From NCBI RefSeq assembly GCF_006345805.1, contig NC_043021.1, positions 27,590,001 to 27,654,000 on the forward strand: a stretch of DNA of 64,000 bases, in the 5' to 3' direction. Made by a program: the position numbers and the translations under genes. This stretch comes from Octopus sinensis (Eukaryota). The notes below the pieces were generated by a model. It was not told the DNA's origin and ran no database searches. It saw only the letters and a list, made by a program, of their open reading frames with translations. Below, piece by piece: positions 40,247-55,110 of the stretch. Numbering within the stretch: position 1 is the first letter of the stretch; the number at the start of each line of letters is the position of its first letter.

Positions 40247-40896
40247 CACTTTGGCGTATATATATATCATTGTGTCTGGGGAGTGTCATTCTGTTTCAAT
40301 GCCTTATTGATTAACACATGCACCGGTTCGATTTCCACTCATTTACTTATTTATATTTTCGAAATTTCTTTGGCTTCTTGCAGCCTCTTCAATAGTCGTA
40401 GGTCAACCAACACATTGAAATTTAATTATCTTTTGGAAAATTATTCCTTGATGAAATACCTAATTAACCAGTTTCAACATGGAAATTCTAATTAAATTAA
40501 ATTAATTTAATTTAATTTAGTTTCTGTAATTGAACTAAATTGATATGGAACGGCTGTGTGACGGAAATTTCAATATATGGAGTTGAATATTTAAAAATAA
40601 ACTGATGTATGCATGTCAATTTCTCCATTTTTTGTTTTTTCTCATTCATATATATATATATATAAAATAAATGAATGAAAAAGATGCACTTTTATAAAAA
40701 GTATATGTCTAAATTACCAAGTGCAGATATCTCCACTTAGCTTGGTTGCGTTGTCTATACAGACAGTGGTAATATCAGGTACAAACACTCCTACACGGAG
40801 TCTTGATAGTCAATATTTCAGTTAATATTATTTGAGAGTGTGGATTACACCGACCTAACAAGGTGTCTCGATTTAAGTACCAAATTCAACGGAATC

Positions 40897-40944
<48 letters not shown>

Positions 40945-40966
40945 TATATATATTATATATATATAT

Positions 40967-41205
40967 AAGCAACAAGAATAACGCCGGTACGATCGTTTCG
41001 CACTACATCATTTTATCAAATATTGAAAGTAATACTTACAACATTTAATAAAATAATGTAGTGCGAAACGTACCAAATTACCGGAGTTATTCTTGTTGCT
41101 TATTTTGATTATAATCACCCCATGGATTTCTATGGATAACACCGTACGGAATTCTGGTGCATCTAACTTAAGTACCATATTCATTTGAATCTAAATTTTA
41201 CTGAA

Positions 41206-41208
<3 letters not shown>
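40967..41208 (-). mobile_element. Penelope-like terminal repeat with an inverted (fold-back) end
   Basis: 41048-41208 is the reverse complement of the 19030 family; 40967-41016 is an inverted copy of 41048-41101. Confidence 0.7.
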
Positions 41209-41283
<75 letters not shown>

Positions 41284-41330
41284 CATATATGTATATATAT
41301 ATATACATATATACATATATATATATATAC

Positions 41331-41365
<35 letters not shown>

Positions 41366-41843
41366 CATATTATATACATATATATACATATACATATATA
41401 TATACACACATATATATATATACATATACATATGTATACACACACACACACACACACAATATATATATTACATATATATATATACACACACACATATATA
41501 TATACACACACACATATATATATATACATATATATATATACATACATATATATATTATATACATACATATATACATATATATATACACATATATATATAC
41601 ATACATATAATATATATATATTATATACATATATATATATATATACATATATATATACATATATATATACTATATATATATATATATACACACATATATA
41701 TTATACATATACTATATATATACACACACACACACACATATATATATATAATATATACATATATATATATACACACACACATATATATATATATACACAC
41801 ACATATATATATATACATACATATATATATATATATACATTAT

Positions 41844-41877
<34 letters not shown>

Positions 41878-42057
41878 ATACATATATATATATACATATA
41901 TATAATACATATATATATATACACATATATATATATACGTACATATATATACATACACATATATATACATACATATATATATAACATATATATATACATA
42001 TATATATATACATACATATATATATATATACGTACATATACATACATATATATATAT

Positions 42058-42105
<48 letters not shown>
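41209..42105. repeat. ~900-bp compound (TA)n/(CA)n array
   Basis: Direct reading. Confidence 0.95.
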
Positions 42106-42109
<4 letters not shown>

Positions 42110-43327
42110 GAAATGATGTAATCAGAAGATCGGATGGTTCATATTTATAGATATTTATTTATATATTACATTTTTTACATATATGTCATATCATTCAGAT
42201 CATATCATTCAGATTATTAGCGCTTTCTCCCATTCTAGTGGGGTTTTCAAATCAAATTAATTCCTTTGTGGGGAATTTAATCATTTTATAGAGTTTCGTA
42301 GTTGTGGGAAGGAATAAGCCAGTACAAGAAGGTGAAGTTGATGAGGAGGAAGTGAGAGAGAGAACATGTGTGTATGTGTATGTGTGTGTGTGTGTGTGTT
42401 TGTATCTGAGGCTAAAGAGAAAGAGGGGAAGAGAGAGGGAAGAAGATGAAGGATTTCCTTTGGTCTGCTGGACCCCCAAGGGAGTTCTAAGAATTTTAGC
42501 TTTTTGTCTATTTTGGTATCACTGAGTGTGTGTTGGTGGGTAGGCAGGCCATAAATTACACCTTTTATGATTTTGAGGATGGTCAAATACCATTTGGGGT
42601 CTAAGACCTCTTCTACTTTGTATGATCGTTTTGTGGAGGTGTGTGTGTCTGTCTCTGTGTGTTTGTGTGCGTGTGTGTGTGTGTCTCTGTGTGTTTGGAG
42701 AAGGGGAGAGAGACAAAAAGAGAAAAGGGAAAATAAAAATAAAAATAAAAATAAAAATAAAAATAAGGGAGGAAATGGAGAAGAAAAAAAATTTTTGGTG
42801 TGTTGATATTTATATCACTGCATATATATACACACAGACTTATACATAAAATATTTGAAAAAAAACTTTTATCGGTTCAAAATGAACAATCAAATTACAC
42901 CATCTTGGAAATTGTATATCATAGGAAAGTTAAAATTAAAGTGACAATTAAAAAGTAAATATGGAAGTAAATTATAAAGATAATAATATAATGTATATAA
43001 CAGGCAATATATATATATATACATACACAGATATATATATATACACACATACAGACATATACTAAATTTTCTACTATATTAGATTGAAAATCGAAAGATG
43101 CGTCTTTCAATGTCACTATATATATATATATATACATGCTTACACATGAAATATTTAGAAAAAAAACCACCTTCTATCGAATCAAGATGAACAATCAAAT
43201 TACACCATCTTGAAAATTGCATATCATAGGAAGGTTAAAATTAGAATGACAATTGGCAAGTAAAGATCAAGTAAATTACAAAAATAATATAATGTATATA
43301 ACAGGTAACATATATATACACACACAC

Positions 43328-43366
<39 letters not shown>

Positions 43367-43614
43367 TTAAATGTTCTACTATATTATATTGTAAATCGAA
43401 AGATTTGTCCTTCAATGTATGTTGAGTAAAGTTTCAGCCATTTAATTTGGGGGAGAACTTAGCTATGAAATGTTTTTCCATATACCTCCTGAAGGAGGTG
43501 TCGTTCTTCGGACACTTGTAGAAGGGAAAGATCTTAAATTTTCCTTCTCCACATGTAGCTAGGTGTGTGCTTAGTGGTATTTTGCGTAGTTCTTCCTGCC
43601 GAATATATATATAT

Positions 43615-43715
<101 letters not shown>

Positions 43716-43756
43716 CATATATATATATATATACGTACATATATATATACATACAC

Positions 43757-43791
<35 letters not shown>

Positions 43792-44951
43792 CATACAATG
43801 CAGTAGTGTGATTGCAGCATATTTTATCTTATGTATATTTAGTCAGAAATGAGCAGAGACTAAACAACAGCAGCAACATCAGAAGCAGAGGAAGAGAACG
43901 AAGTGGCACAGTCGTTAGAGAGACGGATACAATGGCTGGCAGTATTTCTTGGGATTCCCTTTGTTCTGGTTTCAGTTCCCACCAAGGTAATGTCTGCATT
44001 TTAACCTTAGCGGTTCAATAAAATTAAGAACTCTATAGTAGAAGTTTGACAGAATTGTTAGAATGGTGAATAAAATCCCTTGTTGTAATCGCCTGCGTTC
44101 TCACTGCTTGGCTGCGTGCTTGGTTTTAAATTTTCAGCTGAAATTTCGGTATTGTTAGCGGAACCTACTTTGCTGCAAACCTCCTTGCCTGACCTCAGTT
44201 TTAGGAGAATTTTTTCCCTCCTGCCACTCGGTCTGAAACTCCCCCCCCCCCTAAAAAATGAGAACAAAAATAAAAAAAGCAGATAAAGGGCTTTGTCTCA
44301 TTGGTCTTCGTCTTTAAACATTCTTTTGTCCCGAGCCCAGGGGCTCATTAAGATTATTTGGATTTTCAAGACGTGCAGTTTGAGAGTACAAATTTCTTCC
44401 CATATAACGGAAGGACAGACCGACCACATTGCTACTAATGTTGTTAAGCAGTAGCGGGGACACAAACACAAATACAAAGACACACACACGACTTTTGTCT
44501 ACTAAATCCACTCGTAAGGCTTTGGTTGTGAAGCAAGCTTCTTACCGCACAGCCACGCCTGCGCCTTTATATTTAGTTTCATTTTTCTCCTCGCACAGGG
44601 TTTGAATTATTTTTTCACAGGATTTTCATTTGAGACTTGCAGGAAAATGTTAAAATCTTTAGATTTTGTTTTTTGTTGTATTACTGGGTCACTCAGATAA
44701 CCGTTTGCGGACCAACGAGATCCATGAACAGGTGCTTATATTTCGAATCCCAATGCAGTTGAAGGTTTGACTTTGACTGACTAGTATTCGACCTCGAGTC
44801 CACTTTGAGAGCGTCACCTCTCCAGCCAGGTTTCATAATTCCTTTTCAGTTATATACAATGGAAAATATACTGCTAGCAATTTTGTTCGACGCACTAACG
44901 ATCCTGCAAGTGTGCTAGCTCACCGCTTTTTATAATGAAAAAAAAAAAATA

Positions 44952-45290
44952 GTGAAGGCGCGTAGTTTAGTGGTTGTGGTATTCGGCTCACGACCTTACG
45001 ATCGTGAGTTCAATACCCGGCAGCGCGTTGTTTCCCTCAGCAAGACACTTCTTTTCCTGTTGCTCCAGTCAGCTCAGGTGGCCAAAATGAATTGTACCTG
45101 TAATTCAAAGGGACCAGGCCTTGCCACATTCTGTGTTACGCTGAATCACTCTGTGTACTCTGTGTTAAGTGTACGCATGCCTGTGGAGTGGTCAGCCACT
45201 TGTATATTAGGTTCCCGAGCAGGCTGTTCTGTGGACTGGATCAAGTGGAATCGTTGTGGTCGTAACCGATGGAGTGACAGTTATAAAGAA
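44952..45290 (+). mobile_element. tRNA-derived SINE family B
   Basis: Homologous to 27673-27986; GAGTTCAATACC B box. Confidence 0.8.
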
Positions 45291-46329
45291 AAAATTATCC
45301 ATGAAATACATTTCCCATTTACACCAGACAAGCGTAATTCTGTAACAGGCTGGAGCAACTTGTATAATTAAACAGGTTCATTAAACAAAATTGCTGTTGA
45401 TGAATCGTTGATACGAAATGGAAAACTCTCGGTTTGTTGACGAGTCTACTACCAACTGGTGTGGTTATTCGATCATTATATTATATCGCTAACGAACAAA
45501 AAATACCTCCAGACATCGAGGTGACCTTTGGGAACCGGCGTTTATCTTCGGTTACATGGTTTACATGGTTTGAATTGAATGAGGGATAAAGTTCCTTCGG
45601 CTAAGAGGACGTTAATCAGAAGTCTGATTTTATCTGGTTAATCTGTTTCTTAAACCTGTTCTTGACACATTAGCGAACTTTAAGCTAAAACTTTGTCGAG
45701 AAATACAATGAAACGCCTTCAGCGAATTTGAACTCGTGATCAACGAACAGATAATGAAATACATTATCCGTTTGGTCATTTTTCTTCCATTATTGTATGA
45801 AGTAGGTTATGGAAAAAAAATCTTTTCATGGTATAACCTCTCTTAGCAAGACACATTGAATACGCCTTCCCTTTGGCATAATTTTTATAATGAACTGTAA
45901 CATCTCATGTTTTTATTAAATTAGCCACCATTTATAACACTCATAAATGTTCAATATATGAGACAGTGTATTTGATAACGATGTGCCAAGAGCATCGAAC
46001 AAACATCACTCGAAATCATTTCAAGTCAGAACGTAAGAGATTATTAAAATTTATAATAGATTTCAGAAGTTATTAACTTTATCAAAAGATGTTTTCAAAT
46101 TTCATATCAACGTTTCCTTCACATCTATTTCCAGCTTCTCCTTCCCGAGATGTGTACAGCTCTGTCATTGTCTTTTGTGATTGGTGGATGGTGCTTGTAC
46201 GGTGCATCTGTTTTCTCTCGCTGCGGGAATGGTTGTTTTTTTTAGTTTAGCCTGTATTATATTTGATGTGTTGAAAATACGTAATGTGAGCTGTTGCATA
46301 ATTATCTTATTATTCTATTTTTTGTATAT

Positions 46330-46500
46330 TTAAGGAGGCAAGGCGTCAGAATGGTTAGCACGGTGGACAAAGTGCTTAGCGCTGTTTCCTCCGGATTTAG
46401 GTTCTGAGTTAAATGACGCTAAGATCGACTTTGCTTTTCAAGGTCGATAACATAAGAACCAGATGAGCCATGCGGTCGATATAATCGACTACCATAACTC
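46330..46500 (+). mobile_element. Degraded SINE family A
   Basis: Homologous to 8273-8470. Confidence 0.65.
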
Positions 46501-46506
46501 CGAAAA

Positions 46507-46565
<59 letters not shown>

Positions 46566-46568
<3 letters not shown>

Positions 46569-48331
46569 TAGTTTTATTTTTATAGCGTGCTTTCACTTCA
46601 CTACCGAGCGCAGCTCTGTGTTCCTTGGGTATGTGCTGTGGTTTGTTGTGATGCTCTGATGGTTACTGTATGGAAAGTGTTCTGCGTAGGATGTGTGCAG
46701 TGCCTAGTAGTGCAATTTTCTGTATGTTATATGTGTTTGTAAGTCCTGGTGTTTTTGTTATGTATTTGTCTGAATATTTTTTTATCATGCCTAATGCACC
46801 TACTATGATAGGAATTGTTTCTGTTTTCAGATTCCACATTCTAGTTACCTCTATTTCCAGGTCTTTGTATTTTGAGAGTTTCTCCATTTCTTTTAGAGAC
46901 ACGTTGTCATCTGCCGGTATTGATACATCAATTAGAAAGCATTTTTTTTCTTCATGATCTCTGACAACTATATCTGGTCTGTTGGCCTTAATTTCTCTAT
47001 CTGTGTGTATCGGCATATCCCAGAGTATGGTTGCTTTCTCGTTTTCTGTGACCTTTTCTGGTGTGTGTCTATACCATCTTTTTTCTGTTGTTATTCCATA
47101 ATGTTGGCATAGCTTCCAATGTATGTAGGTTCCAACTCTGTCATGTCTGTGAATATATTCCTTCTTAGCCAGGACTGGGCAGCTAGAGATAATATGATTT
47201 ATTGTTTCTTGTCCATCTCCACATATTCTGCAGTTACTTGTAATATTCTTTTCATTACATGTTTTTGGTAATTTCTGTGGGGAGGCTTTGGTCTTGTGCT
47301 GCAATTAAAAATCCCTCTGTTTCTGCTTTGATTCCTGAGCTTCTCAACCATTGCTGGGATTTTTCTTTGTCTATTTCTTTTGCGTTTAGTTTAGTCCAGT
47401 ATTTACCATGAAGGGGCTTTTCTTGCCATCGTTTTATCATGGCTCGTTGCTGTTCTATTTTTAGTTTGGATTTCATTTGTTTTATAGCTTTTGTTGTTTC
47501 TTCATCATCTTCTTCTTCTTCTTTGTGTTTATTAGGTGGTATGATTTCTTGTTTGTATTTGTCAGCTTCCTTAAATACTGAGAACAGTTTTTTTGTTTTG
47601 CTCGTGTTTTGCTGCTATCTGGATCAGTTTTCCTTCCTTCTGAAGTAGGTATTTTTGCAGTCCTATGGTGGTTATTTTATAGTAGTTTTCCAGCTGTATA
47701 AGGCCTTACCACCTTCTATACGTTGTATATATAGTCTTTCTATGTCAGATTTTGGGTGATGCATCCTAGATCCTGTCAGTATTTTTCTTGTTTTCCTATC
47801 TATTTTGGACAGTTCATTTCGTGTCCAGTTAAGGATATTGTAGCTGTAACTTATAACTGGGACAGCTAAAGTGTTGATACCTATTATCTTGTTTTTAGCA
47901 TTGAGCTCTGTTTTTAGTATTGATCTAACTCGTCTATAATATTCTTTTTTTTATTTTCTCTTTCATTTGTGTGTGTTGTGTCTTATCTAGTTCATGGATT
48001 CCTAAGTATTTGTAAGTTTGGCTTTGGTCTAATTCTTTTATTTCATTGGTTTTATCTAGTGTGATGTTGTTACTCTTAACTAGTTTTCCTCTTTTCATGG
48101 TTACTTTGGCGCATTTTTCTAATCCAAATTTCATATCTATTTTTTTGGTAAATCCATGAACTGTCGTTAATAGTGTTTCCAGCTGTTTGTCATTTGCAGC
48201 GTATAGTTTTAGGTCATCCATATATAAAAGGTGGCTGATCGTTTTGCCGTAACATTTATATCCGCATCCAGTTCTATTTAGCATATCAGATAGAGGTGAC
48301 AGTGCCAAGCAGAAAAGGAGTGGAGAGAGCG
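46566..48331 (-). mobile_element. 5'-truncated R4/Dong-like retrotransposon flanked by (TAA)n on both sides
   Basis: LSPLLFCLAL, YMDDLKLYA, CRIC...HIISSC, RPDIVV...LIDVSIP; at least 3 frameshifts; arrays at 46510-46565 and 48332-48380. Confidence 0.92.
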
Positions 48332-50043
48332 TATTATTATTATTATTATTATCATTATTATTATTATTATTATTATTATATTTTAGTAATCGGAGAAATA
48401 AGTGAAATATTAATATCCCCCGAGTTAATATTGTGTTTCATCCCTGTCAATTATGAATTAAAATCACGTTGGATTCGATATTAACTTTCATCCTTTTCAA
48501 GGTCGATAAAATAAATATATAGATAAAGTCACCTACTGATGCAAATTCACACGATCGCTCGTCGCCACATTGTGGCCTCTGTAAATCCATAGCTTTGAGC
48601 CAACGTAAGGTATCCATATCGATATCGATTAAAGATCATAAGCTAGTTAATGACATAAAGAATGTAAACACCTGTAAGTGATTATCTCTGTATATAAAGT
48701 TAATATTGTACGTAAGTACTTCTAAATAAACCTGATCTAGAGATACTCTCTTCTGTGTAAAGGACACGTTCAGAGTCAGTAATGCTAGAAAATGTCATAA
48801 TAAATCTATATATGTAACGTAGGTGCATTGCAGTTTATTGTAGAAAATATCGATTTCGTTGTTAGAAGCCCATAAATGTGAAGGGGCAAATATTAACTGC
48901 ATCGATCACTGTTTCAGCTGTTCAACAAAACCACCAACTTCGCAAGATATACCTAGGTACAGAAGTACATAAACCTACCTTATGGCTAAACATCAATCAT
49001 ATTTAATCTCGTATGGATCCGAGCCTCACTGTCGCTACTGCACACAAATCCTGAGAAAATCTGCAGAGACGATGAGCCATGAAACCCTTGAATGTTGATA
49101 ACTAAAATTTATACATTTAAATTAAAATTGTTCCTTTTCACCAGGAATAAATTATTACGAGTTTAAACAATTTACTTGCTCTCTGTATCGCTATATACAG
49201 GATATATTTCCCTGGTGTCCATGGATAATATATGAAAAACATTTCTAGGTTTATTCAAATACCAGAATAACTTTGGTCTAATGAAAGGAAATCTTCATAT
49301 TACTCAGAAAGTATGAAACAAGAGTTAACTAAAAGTCGGATAATAAGCAAGGATGATTAGAAAGAAAATCATGAAAATGTTTTAAACAGAGAAAAGGATA
49401 AAGGAGATAAAACTGGGAGCAAGTGGTATTAACAAGTTTACTAAAGGACATTTTGAATGTAAACTGAAAAGTCTTGGCTGTTCTGTTTGATAATTAAAAC
49501 AGCATTAACGTCTGCTTCTTACTTTCTAGTCAACGGGGACGCCTGGAAGCAACTGAGTAACCAGCAAGAAGTAGAAGCGGAGTTTCCTTTAAGCAACACC
49601 CTAGGTCCTTGAATAAAATGGAGGACACATTAAATAATGTAGCTATATATATCTCTAAATAGACGTGTTGATCACGGTTGGAATACCTTTGATCATAAGT
49701 CTGCTCAATTAAAGTCGACGCGGGGTTGATCAATTACGACAACCACCAAAATAAAGCGAAAAAAAGTAACAAAAACGAAACAAGTACTTGCACTTTGATG
49801 TACCCAGCATATACATTCTGTGAATAAGATGTAAGCATATGGGATGAGAATGAACGTGCGAAAGTGGAGAGTAAAATATTGTTTCTATTTTCATGTGATT
49901 TTACTTTACTTCCGGTGTTAAAGCTATTAATAAATTTGAGAACATTATAAAAAGGGATTTGTTTTTTTATCTGTCACTTATTTCAGTCATTGGACTACCA
50001 GGGTTTTAGTGGAGAAAATAGACTTCAGTACTCATATGTATCT

Positions 50044-50110
<67 letters not shown>

Positions 50111-50652
50111 GTGTGTGTATCTCATATATATATATATATATATAGCTTATATATATATATATGTATATATATACATATGTATATATATATGTTTGTGTAT
50201 ATATATATATATGTATATATATAATTATTATTTGATGGAATAAAATCCAAACTTACAAGGAAAAAGAATTCAATTTAGAAATACTAAATCAAATTCCACA
50301 CAATAAAATATATATAAAATATTAGAAAAAAACACCTTTTATCAATTCAAAATGAATAATTAAATTACACCATCTAGAAAATTACATATGAATTCTTTTT
50401 CCTTGTAAGTTTGGATTTTATTCCCTCAAATAATAATAATTATTATATTTATAACTAACGTTTCTGAGATATTTGGCCTCAATATTGTCGGTTATGGAAC
50501 TTACAGGTAAAATTGGACCACTCTTTTGGAATTCATCATTGAGGGATATTCCTATACCATCTAGAAAATAATATCTTTTATTATATGTACTTTTCTAGAT
50601 GGTGTAATTTAATTATTCATTTTGAATTGATAAAAGGTGTTTTTTTCTAATA

Positions 50653-51472
50653 TCTCTCTCTATATAAACGGCAGTTTGTTTGTCTGTGTGTCTGTCAGGT
50701 TGTATCCTCACCCTGACCACGGCTTTCAACCGATTCTGATGAAACTTGACACACACATAGCCCAATGTCATAATTCAAAACTAACGCAGCGAAAATTTTG
50801 AAAAATTCCCTCAGTTCTGAAAAAAATCGATAAATTTGACATGTGGTCGAGAATCTAAACTTTTTATATGCAACACATTTTCTGTTGTAGTTTTCGCAAC
50901 TTGCAATCGATTTTCACCAAACTCATGGTGAAGCTTAATGTTACCCTAAGGAACTTAATTCTGACGTTAGTTTTCCATGCATCAGAAAAAATCGATAAAA
51001 TCATGCCATTTTGGGAAATCGCGTTCAAATTCAAGATGACATATTTTCGACAATATCTTTCACAAATTGGTAGGAATTCTTTTTGAAATTCACAGCGAGC
51101 ATCAAGTCTGCCCCAAGGAGCTATATGGCGCTTTTGATTCCAATAGGATACGTTATTATAGGAAAAAATCGGTTAATTACATCATATGTGGCACACATAG
51201 CAAACCGATTTGTGTATTAAACACAAACCACAGACTGTCCAGGGGACGCAACTCGACCTTTTTAACTCTCTTTGGAGGCGCAATGATGTTTTCATGTTTT
51301 CGCCCAAAGAGACACCTAGGAACATCGTATACACAGAAGTATTCGAGTGAAGAGAAGACATTGCAGCCTACACATGCGCCTTCGTTCCCTAGAGGGAAAG
51401 GACTAGATTGGGATTAGTCGTTGCCTACTAGGGGCTCTTACATACCCGGGCAACGCCGGGCTATGCTGCTAG
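50653..51472 (+). mobile_element. Non-autonomous Helitron (~820 bp)
   Basis: 5' TCTCTCTCTATATAAACGGCAG shared with the 19025 end; 3' CCCGGGCAACGCCGGG hairpin + CTAG. Confidence 0.8.
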
Positions 51473-51530
51473 CGTTATATATATACATACATACATACAT
51501 ACATATATATATACATATATATATATATAT

Positions 51531-51605
<75 letters not shown>

Positions 51606-51759
51606 AATGTTAAAGCCTGGTATGTTATTTCCTCTTTTAGGCTAAACCGCTAAGTTTCGGACAGAAACAAAATATCATTTGCAATATTTGTTTAAATATT
51701 CTGTGTCGTCATTTGATGTTTGTTGTCATTTTGGTTTTCCTTTTTGGAACAAGGCTAGC

Positions 51760-52150
51760 AATTTCGGGGCTGGAACTAAGTCGATTACATAGATCCCAGT
51801 GTTCAACTAACACTTGTTTTATCGACCTCGAAAGGATGAAATGCAAAGTCGACCTCGGCGGAATTTGAACTCAGAACGTAGCGGCAGACGAAATACCTAT
51901 TTCTTTACTACCCACAATGGATAAACACAGATAGGACAAACAAGGACAGACAAACGGAATAAGTCGTTTATATCGACCCCAGTGCGTAACTGGTACTTAT
52001 TTAATCGACCCCGAAAGGATGAAATGCAAAGTCGACCTCGGCGGAATTTGAACTCAGAACGTAGCGGCAGACGAAATACCTAGTAGTAAAGAAATAGGTA
52101 TTGGCGGAATTTTAACTCAGAAATACCGCTAAGCATTTCGCCCGGACTGC
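51760..52150 (-). mobile_element. Rearranged SINE family A with internal duplication and short inversion
   Basis: CGAAAGGATGAAATGCAAAGTCGACCTCGGCGGAATTTGAACTCAGAACG occurs twice, ~190 bp apart. Confidence 0.8.
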
Positions 52151-52728
52151 TAAAGATTCTTACAGCTTGTCGCCTTGGTGTTTGTTGTAATATCATAATT
52201 ACGTTCTTCTCTTGTTGATCCTAATTCTACCCAATTAAAAAATTCTGATGGAGAACAATCATCCAATCTAAATCTTTGGAAAAGTGCAATCAAATATTTC
52301 CTGGAAATTAATGATTTTTCACTAACAACAATATACCTTTTTCCACATGTTTCGACTATGTTACAAAAAAATTCAATTCCTTGTCGAATCAGTAATATGC
52401 ATAATAATGATAGTTGCCAAAAAATCGTTAATGCAATAGAATCCATCATTTATTTGGAATCCAACTTCTTTTCCAGTCTTCCGTGTCTCACAAATGATCG
52501 GATATTTCTACTCATCTATTTTAAATTATATTTTACTGATTCTATCAAAATCTATAACACGAATTTCTGTTGTCGATCCATTTCGTATGTTTACAACAAT
52601 TGTACGAGAATTCGATTAAAAGTCTTGTTTCCTTTGTTTTCATAGCAAATAAAGCTTAAGTAAACCTATTTTGCGACCCTACATTCGATAACAGATTACA
52701 TTTACCATTGAGAAGAAAAAATATAATC

Positions 52729-52798
<70 letters not shown>

Positions 52799-53039
52799 GA
52801 TTAATCAGCCGAAATTGCGAGGATGATCCGGTTCCTGACTGAAGATTAGAGGCTTCGAATAACCCGTCCGTTTCTTGTGTCGTCTCTTTGTGTGTTTTGC
52901 GTTCTTGTCCCATTTTGCATTTTTATATATAATTTTTATACATATATATATATATACACATTTCATTGTGTGTGATTTATTTACTGAATGTGAAAAGTAA
53001 ATTTGCGAATAAGAAAAATGTTTTTTTTTTCCATATATT

Positions 53040-53210
53040 TAGGCGCAAGCGAGACTATGTGGTAAGAAAGTAGCTTGCAAACCACACGGTTCTGGTTTCA
53101 GTTCCACTGCGTGGTACTTTGGTCTGATGTCTTTTACAATGGCGCGAGGCCGACCAAAACCTTATAAGTAGATTTGGTTGAGGGAAACTGAAAGAAGCTT
53201 GCCGTACATG
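53040..53210 (+). mobile_element. SINE family C, 5' part, degraded
   Basis: AGGCGCAAGCGAGACTATGTGGTAAG head resembles the 62105 end. Confidence 0.65.
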
Positions 53211-54069
53211 TATATAAAATATAAAATTTCATGCAGCAAAACATTGATTAACTTTCATTTAAATTCATAAAAAAGCAAATAGAATTACCTTCACTAAATC
53301 AAACGACATAATTATTTGTAATAATTTTTCCCAGCAGATTTCTCTTCAGTTGACAGCAAAACGATAGAAACCATTTATTTTTAAATGTATTTTCACAAAC
53401 AGTATGTTCGAGCCTGTGCGAATCGAATCCAGTTCCTTATTGATTGCAACTCATTTTTTTCTCTTATTATAACAAATTTTTTTGAAAGTGAAACAGCAAC
53501 AACGGCAACAGAACAACAATTATAATGTAGAGAAGTATAACGGAGTACTAAATAATTTATTATTAAGTAATGGACACATTTCACATCCCTGGTTGCAGGT
53601 TATCCTCAGGTCAGTTCTGTTCAAAAGTGATCTATGATAAAAATGTATTCTAGCTGACACCATCCTACCTGTTTCTTTTGCTGGCAAAATGCTTCACAGA
53701 TCACATTATTCTATGCGCCTCTCATTTAAAACAATGAGTTGAGATTTAGTTGTCTTTTCTAACAGGTAGATACTTATCGTTTGGATATATTTCATTCAAC
53801 TGCAACATTTTAGTTTGTATAATAAGGATCAGCATATGCCCAAAGTCCACTGAATATCTTGGTTGGCCACGTCGCTAGATTTTGAACTCTGGTTTAGTAG
53901 AACAGCTAGTTTATTCACTAGATATTAGACACTGTATAATAGACAGTACGTAATGATTCAAATCTAAAAATCTTTGTACTTGAAATAATCACTACATGTA
54001 TTTCTCGGCAAAGGGATACAACGTAACACTGATTAAAGTGATTGTAATAGTAATAAGCAAAATACAAGG

Positions 54070-55110
54070 GATATTCCGGAGGTTTTCAGACGTTTTCAGA
54101 AGGGACTTTTATTGCTTTCAAAGAAATACAAAACTCTAATCTTCAAAGCAGGATCCTCTTACTTCAATGCCCTTGTAGCACTCCAGCCACTTCATGAAGG
54201 GTCCAGAGAAGTCTTTCAAAGTGAAGGTGTCTCGTACTCTTGTCACATCATCCTTCATCTTAATGTCCTCAAAAACGACTGGGGAAAGTCGAATGTCAAA
54301 GGGAGCAAAGTGTGGACTGTCGGGAGGCTGAGGGACTATTTTGAAGCTCACCTCTGTCAAGTAGTCGGTTATGAGTACGGAATAGTGGACTGGTGCTTTG
54401 TCCTGATGCAGGCGTCACCGATACTTGTAGACGAGCTCTGATCTCTTGCGACGAAATTTCTTCCTGAATTCCCTCAAAATCTCCTCAAAGTATGCTTTGT
54501 TAACTGTTTAGCTAGAGGAAACCCAGCAGGTGTAAATGATGCCCTAGCTGTTGAAAAAGGGAATCATCATGAACTTCCTGGATGACTTGCTCTAGTTGGC
54601 CTTCTTGGCTCTGGGGGTTCCAGGGTTCATCTATTTGTCACTCTGCTTCTTGGTCTCTGGATCATGACAGTCGATCCATCTTTCCACAGTTCACCAGCGA
54701 CTCGAGTACCCTTGCAGTGGAGGTAGCTGACTCCATCAACTCCCGACTGTCACCAACGCCTATTTCCTTCCCAGGGAACAAACTTTGCACAAATGCTTCG
54801 CTTGATCAGATCTTCATGAATGATTCCCTCTACATTTGTTACACCAAATGAAAACTGCTCATTATCTTTGAAACACACGACGGCTTTCATCCAGAAAATA
54901 GCGAATTTTGTCGATAAGCTTTGATATTCTCAGATCCCTTTCCCTCCCACATTTCTCATTGTCTCTCTCCCCTTCTTGACCGCCATTGAACCTCTTTCAC
55001 TGGCGAAAAACAGATGCTCAGCTCATATGGATTAATCCGGAGTCCTTCATGTGTTTCTGATTCGTTTCTGCCTAGTTTAACACAAAACATTATTGCTTAG
55101 GAAGCTTTCA
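54070..55110 (-). pseudogene. Degraded near full-length mariner transposase
   Basis: Frameshifted HTH (ASVF.Q.KRF), ICAKFVP, DPETK, LHQDKAPVH, QPPDSPHFAPFD, GSCFED. Confidence 0.85.

Noticed and set aside
42540-42605. Short peptide NYTFYDFEDGQIPFGV resembling a MAM-domain start
   Set aside because: In-frame stop follows, and there are no convincing splice sites.
52150-52700. Overlapping 95-99 aa ORFs in unique AT-rich DNA
   Set aside because: No recognisable motif or splice context; consistent with chance ORFs.
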